Shown: piece after piece, positions 29,460 through 32,000 of the stretch
How positions within the stretch are numbered: position 1 is the stretch's first letter
Layout of the letters: each line of letters starts with the position of its first letter
Source of the DNA: Aureibacillus halotolerans
GTDB lineage: Bacteria > Bacillota > Bacilli > Bacillales > DSM-28697
DNA: 32,000 nucleotides
Direction: 5' to 3'
NCBI RefSeq assembly: GCF_004363045.1
Contig: NZ_SNYJ01000026.1
Span: 4,846-36,845, forward strand
Made by a program: the position numbers and the translations under genes
The notes under the pieces: generated by a model
Seen by the model: the letters and a program-made list of their open reading frames with translations, nothing else
The model's database searches: none
What the model was told of the DNA's origin: nothing

Positions 29460-31019
29460 ATGGAGACGATACACGTGGACGTATACATTGCAGGTGGTGG
29501 CGTAGGTGGCGTAGCAGCGGCTTTGGCAGCTGCCAAGCAAGGCCTACAGGTGGCGATGACGGAGGAAACCGATTGGATTGGCGGGCAGTTCACCTCACAG
29601 GCCGTTCCGCCAGACGAGCATTTATGGATTGAATCGTTTGGCTGTACCGCAAGCTATCGCGAGTTTAGAGACCGCGTACGTGGCTATTACAAAACGCAAT
29701 TTCCGGTGACACCCGAAGCTCGGGCAGATAAGCTGCTGAACCCTGGCAGTGCGATTGTGTCACGACTGGCTCATGAACCAAAGGTGTCGTTGCACGTTCT
29801 TGAAGACATGCTAGCTCCGTATGTTCATTCAGGTCGCGTTCGCGTGTTTACGATGCACAAGCCGATCGCTGCGGAAAAAAGCGGGCACGAGGTCACTTCT
29901 GTAACCGTTGAGCATGTGAAGACAAAGCAGCCTATCCGTTTTACAGCCCCGTACATACTAGATGCCACGGAGCTAGGGGAACTGCTGCCAATAACAAATA
30001 CAGCCTATGTCACAGGGGCAGAATCGAAGCAAGACACTGGGGAGCCTCACGCACTGGACGGTCCCGCCGATCCTTTGGATATGCAAGCCATCACGCAAAT
30101 TCTTGCCATGGACATCGCGCCAGGAGAGGACAATGTGATTGAACGCCCTGAAGAATACGGGTTTTGGAAAAAACATCATTCTGATTTTTGGCCGGGCCCA
30201 CAGCTGAGCTGGACAGCGATTCAGCCGCCAACTTTGAAGCATATTGAGTATGGTCTCTATCAAGGAGAAGGCACTTTCCCGCTCTGGCCGTATCGACGAA
30301 TTATCGACCCAACTCACTTTCGTGGAGAGCTATACAGAGGGGACATTTCTTTAATGAATTGGCCGCAAACCGATTATTGGTTAGGCCCTGTGCTAGAGGT
30401 ATCGGAAGAAAGTAGTGCCCATCATCTGTATATGGCGAAGCAGTTGTCGCTGTCCTTTTTGTATTGGATGCAAACGGAGGCGCCAAACTATTCTGGCGGC
30501 AAGGGCTATCCTGAGTTGCGTCTTCGTAAGGATGTCGTTGGCACATCCGATGGCATTGCCAAATACGCATATATTCGTGAATCCCGGCGAATCAAAGCGA
30601 AATTCACTGTCGTCGAACAGCACATCACTGGCGACACACGGCCAGAAGGGTTCACAGACACCGTAGGCATTGGCGCCTATCATATTGATTTGCATCCATC
30701 GACAGGGCAGCGCAACTACATTGACTTTAAAGCATGGCCGTTTCAAATTCCGCTCGGTAGTTTGATCCCTGAGGAGACCGAAAACCTTCTCCCAGCCTGC
30801 AAAAACATTGGCACGACCCATATTACGAACGGCAGCTACCGCCTCCATCCCGTAGAATGGAATATTGGCGAATCAGCAGGGCTGCTAGCCGCCTTCTGTA
30901 TCCGTGAGAATAAGCGCCCAGCGGAGGTGTATGAAAACAAGGATTTGCTGACTAGTTTTCAAGATCAGCTGAAGGCAGAAGGCGTTGAATTGGAGTGGCC
31001 GGAGATTCGTCAAATCTAA
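29460..31019 (+). CDS. FAD-dependent oxidoreductase (GxGxxG Rossmann N-terminus), function unknown
   Basis: 519 aa. VDVYIAGGGVGGVAAALAAAKQGLQVAMTEETDWIGGQ is a classical dinucleotide-binding fold. The overall look is of the stand-alone FAD_oxidored family. RBS AAGGGA is 7 nt upstream. Confidence 0.85.
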   Translation: METIHVDVYIAGGGVGGVAAALAAAKQGLQVAMTEETDWIGGQFTSQAVPPDEHLWIESFGCTASYREFRDRVRGYYKTQFPVTPEARADKLLNPGSAIVSRLAHEPKVSLHVLEDMLAPYVHSGRVRVFTMHKPIAAEKSGHEVTSVTVEHVKTKQPIRFTAPYILDATELGELLPITNTAYVTGAESKQDTGEPHALDGPADPLDMQAITQILAMDIAPGEDNVIERPEEYGFWKKHHSDFWPGPQLSWTAIQPPTLKHIEYGLYQGEGTFPLWPYRRIIDPTHFRGELYRGDISLMNWPQTDYWLGPVLEVSEESSAHHLYMAKQLSLSFLYWMQTEAPNYSGGKGYPELRLRKDVVGTSDGIAKYAYIRESRRIKAKFTVVEQHITGDTRPEGFTDTVGIGAYHIDLHPSTGQRNYIDFKAWPFQIPLGSLIPEETENLLPACKNIGTTHITNGSYRLHPVEWNIGESAGLLAAFCIRENKRPAEVYENKDLLTSFQDQLKAEGVELEWPEIRQI

Positions 31020-31029
31020 GAATCTATCA

Positions 31030-31071
31030 TTCCCCTGGAAATGTCGAACGAGGCCATATATTTCCGGGGAA
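31030..31071 (+). other. Long stem-loop after the oxidoreductase gene (terminator-like, no U-tract)
   Basis: TTCCCC(T)GGAAAT (31030-42) pairs with ATTTCCGGGGAA (31060-71), 12 bp with one bulge and a 17-nt loop. Confidence 0.35.
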
Positions 31072-31084
31072 ATATGACAGCAAC

Positions 31085-31115
31085 TTTCGATATCGCCAGC
31101 ATTGTGTGGTACAAT
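31085..31115 (+). promoter_or_regulatory. Candidate extended -10 promoter for rlmCD
   Basis: TGGTACAAT (31107-31115) with a TTCGAT-like -35 about 18 nt upstream. It lies 46 nt before ATG 31161. Confidence 0.35.
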
Positions 31116-31160
31116 GTGAGCAGTTTTGAATGAGCGGAGAGCGCGAAAGGACGTTGCAAC

Positions 31161-32000
31161 ATGGCGATACCAGTAGAAAAAAATAAGTTTTACACAGCAG
31201 AGGTTCATGATTTGACACATGATGGCGCAGGTGTGGCGAAAGTGGAAGGTTTTCCGATCTTTGTGCCTAATGCCTTGCCAGGCGAAACCGTGTCCCTGAA
31301 GATCATAAAGACAAAGAAGAATTATGCATTTGGACGCTTAATGGAGATTGTGGAGCAGAGTCCCGATCGCGTGGACGCGCCATGCCCTGTGTTTGGCGAA
31401 TGCGGAGGCTGTCAGCTTCAGCATTTGTCGTATGAAGGACAATTGCGCTACAAGCAAAGTCAGGTGAAGGAGGCGCTAAGCCGCATCGGTGGATTGAATG
31501 ATATCACCGTTCAGCCAACGCTAGGGATGGAGGATCCATGGGCTTACCGGAACAAAGCGCAAGTGCCTGTCGGAGAACGGAACGGTAGTCTGATCGCTGG
31601 ATTTTACAAGCAGCGCAGTCACGACCTGATTGACTTGGATGTGTGCATGATTCAGGATCAAAGCAATGATGCACTTGTCCAAGGTGTCAGAGGCATTGCG
31701 GAGGCTTACGGCATCCGGGCGTATGATGAAGCGACACATAAAGGCACGCTGCGTCACATTCTTGTACGGAATGGACGACAGAGCAGCGAGCAAATGGTCG
31801 TACTCGTCACGAAAAGTCGAACACTGCCAAACAAAGCTAACATCATTCGAGACATTCAGGAGCAATTCCCACAAGTCGTGTCGATTGTCCAGAACGTTAA
31901 CCCGAAGCGGACCAACGTCATTCTCGGGTCACACACTGAAGTGATTTGGGGCAAAGAAACCATTCGCGACAGCATTGACGATGTAGACTTCGATATTTCT
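31161..32000 (+). CDS. rlmCD: 23S rRNA (uracil-C5)-methyltransferase RlmCD (YefA), N-terminal 280 codons; 3' end outside window
   Basis: Not in the ORF track because no stop is reached. The hand translation is MAIPVEKNKFYTAEVHDLTHDGAGVAKVEGFPIFVPNALPGE... (TRAM domain), then CPVFGECGGCQLQH (Fe-S cysteines), then MEDPWAYRNKAQVPVGE. This tracks B. subtilis RlmCD closely. RBS GAAAGGA is 9 nt upstream. Confidence 0.9.
   Translation, partial: MAIPVEKNKFYTAEVHDLTHDGAGVAKVEGFPIFVPNALPGETVSLKIIKTKKNYAFGRLMEIVEQSPDRVDAPCPVFGECGGCQLQHLSYEGQLRYKQSQVKEALSRIGGLNDITVQPTLGMEDPWAYRNKAQVPVGERNGSLIAGFYKQRSHDLIDLDVCMIQDQSNDALVQGVRGIAEAYGIRAYDEATHKGTLRHILVRNGRQSSEQMVVLVTKSRTLPNKANIIRDIQEQFPQVVSIVQNVNPKRTNVILGSHTEVIWGKETIRDSIDDVDFDIS

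Overview
Bacillaceae-type chromosomal segment, almost entirely on the + strand. From my memory of the Bacillus subtilis map it is collinear with the pur-yer-pcrA-ligA-gatCAB-dagK-rlmCD region. Content in order: 3' end of purK, then purB-C-S-Q-L-F-M-N-H-D; yerA-type adenine deaminase paralog, yerB (DUF3048 lipoprotein), yerC; pcrB-pcrA-ligA-yerH(CamS); gatCAB; dgkB; 5' part of rlmCD. All core genes look intact, with canonical RBSs and translationally coupled junctions. No transposase, integrase, tRNA, rRNA or CRISPR array is visible, and I see no obvious multi-gene novel system such as a defence island. The non-core material sits in four small islets at the synteny breaks. (1) 11.45-12.55 kb: a convergent 35-codon membrane ORF below the ORF-track cutoff, a dispersed ~32-bp repeat, a structured GNRA-capped hairpin element, and a DUF2892 gene on the - strand. 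(2) 15.9-17.8 kb: two tandem paralogous multi-TM proteins, the second behind a ~245-nt leader with a terminator-like hairpin. (3) 27.3-27.7 kb: a 15-unit 21-bp tandem array with an invariant AGCGAGCC core, organised as a 103-bp higher-order repeat. (4) 28.7-31.1 kb: a Pro/Gly-rich small protein with a Cys-bracketed C-terminal domain and a sigmaK-like promoter match, plus an orphan FAD-dependent oxidoreductase. The repeat array and the paralog pair with its leader are the most interesting targets. All homology statements are from reading the translations, not from searches.
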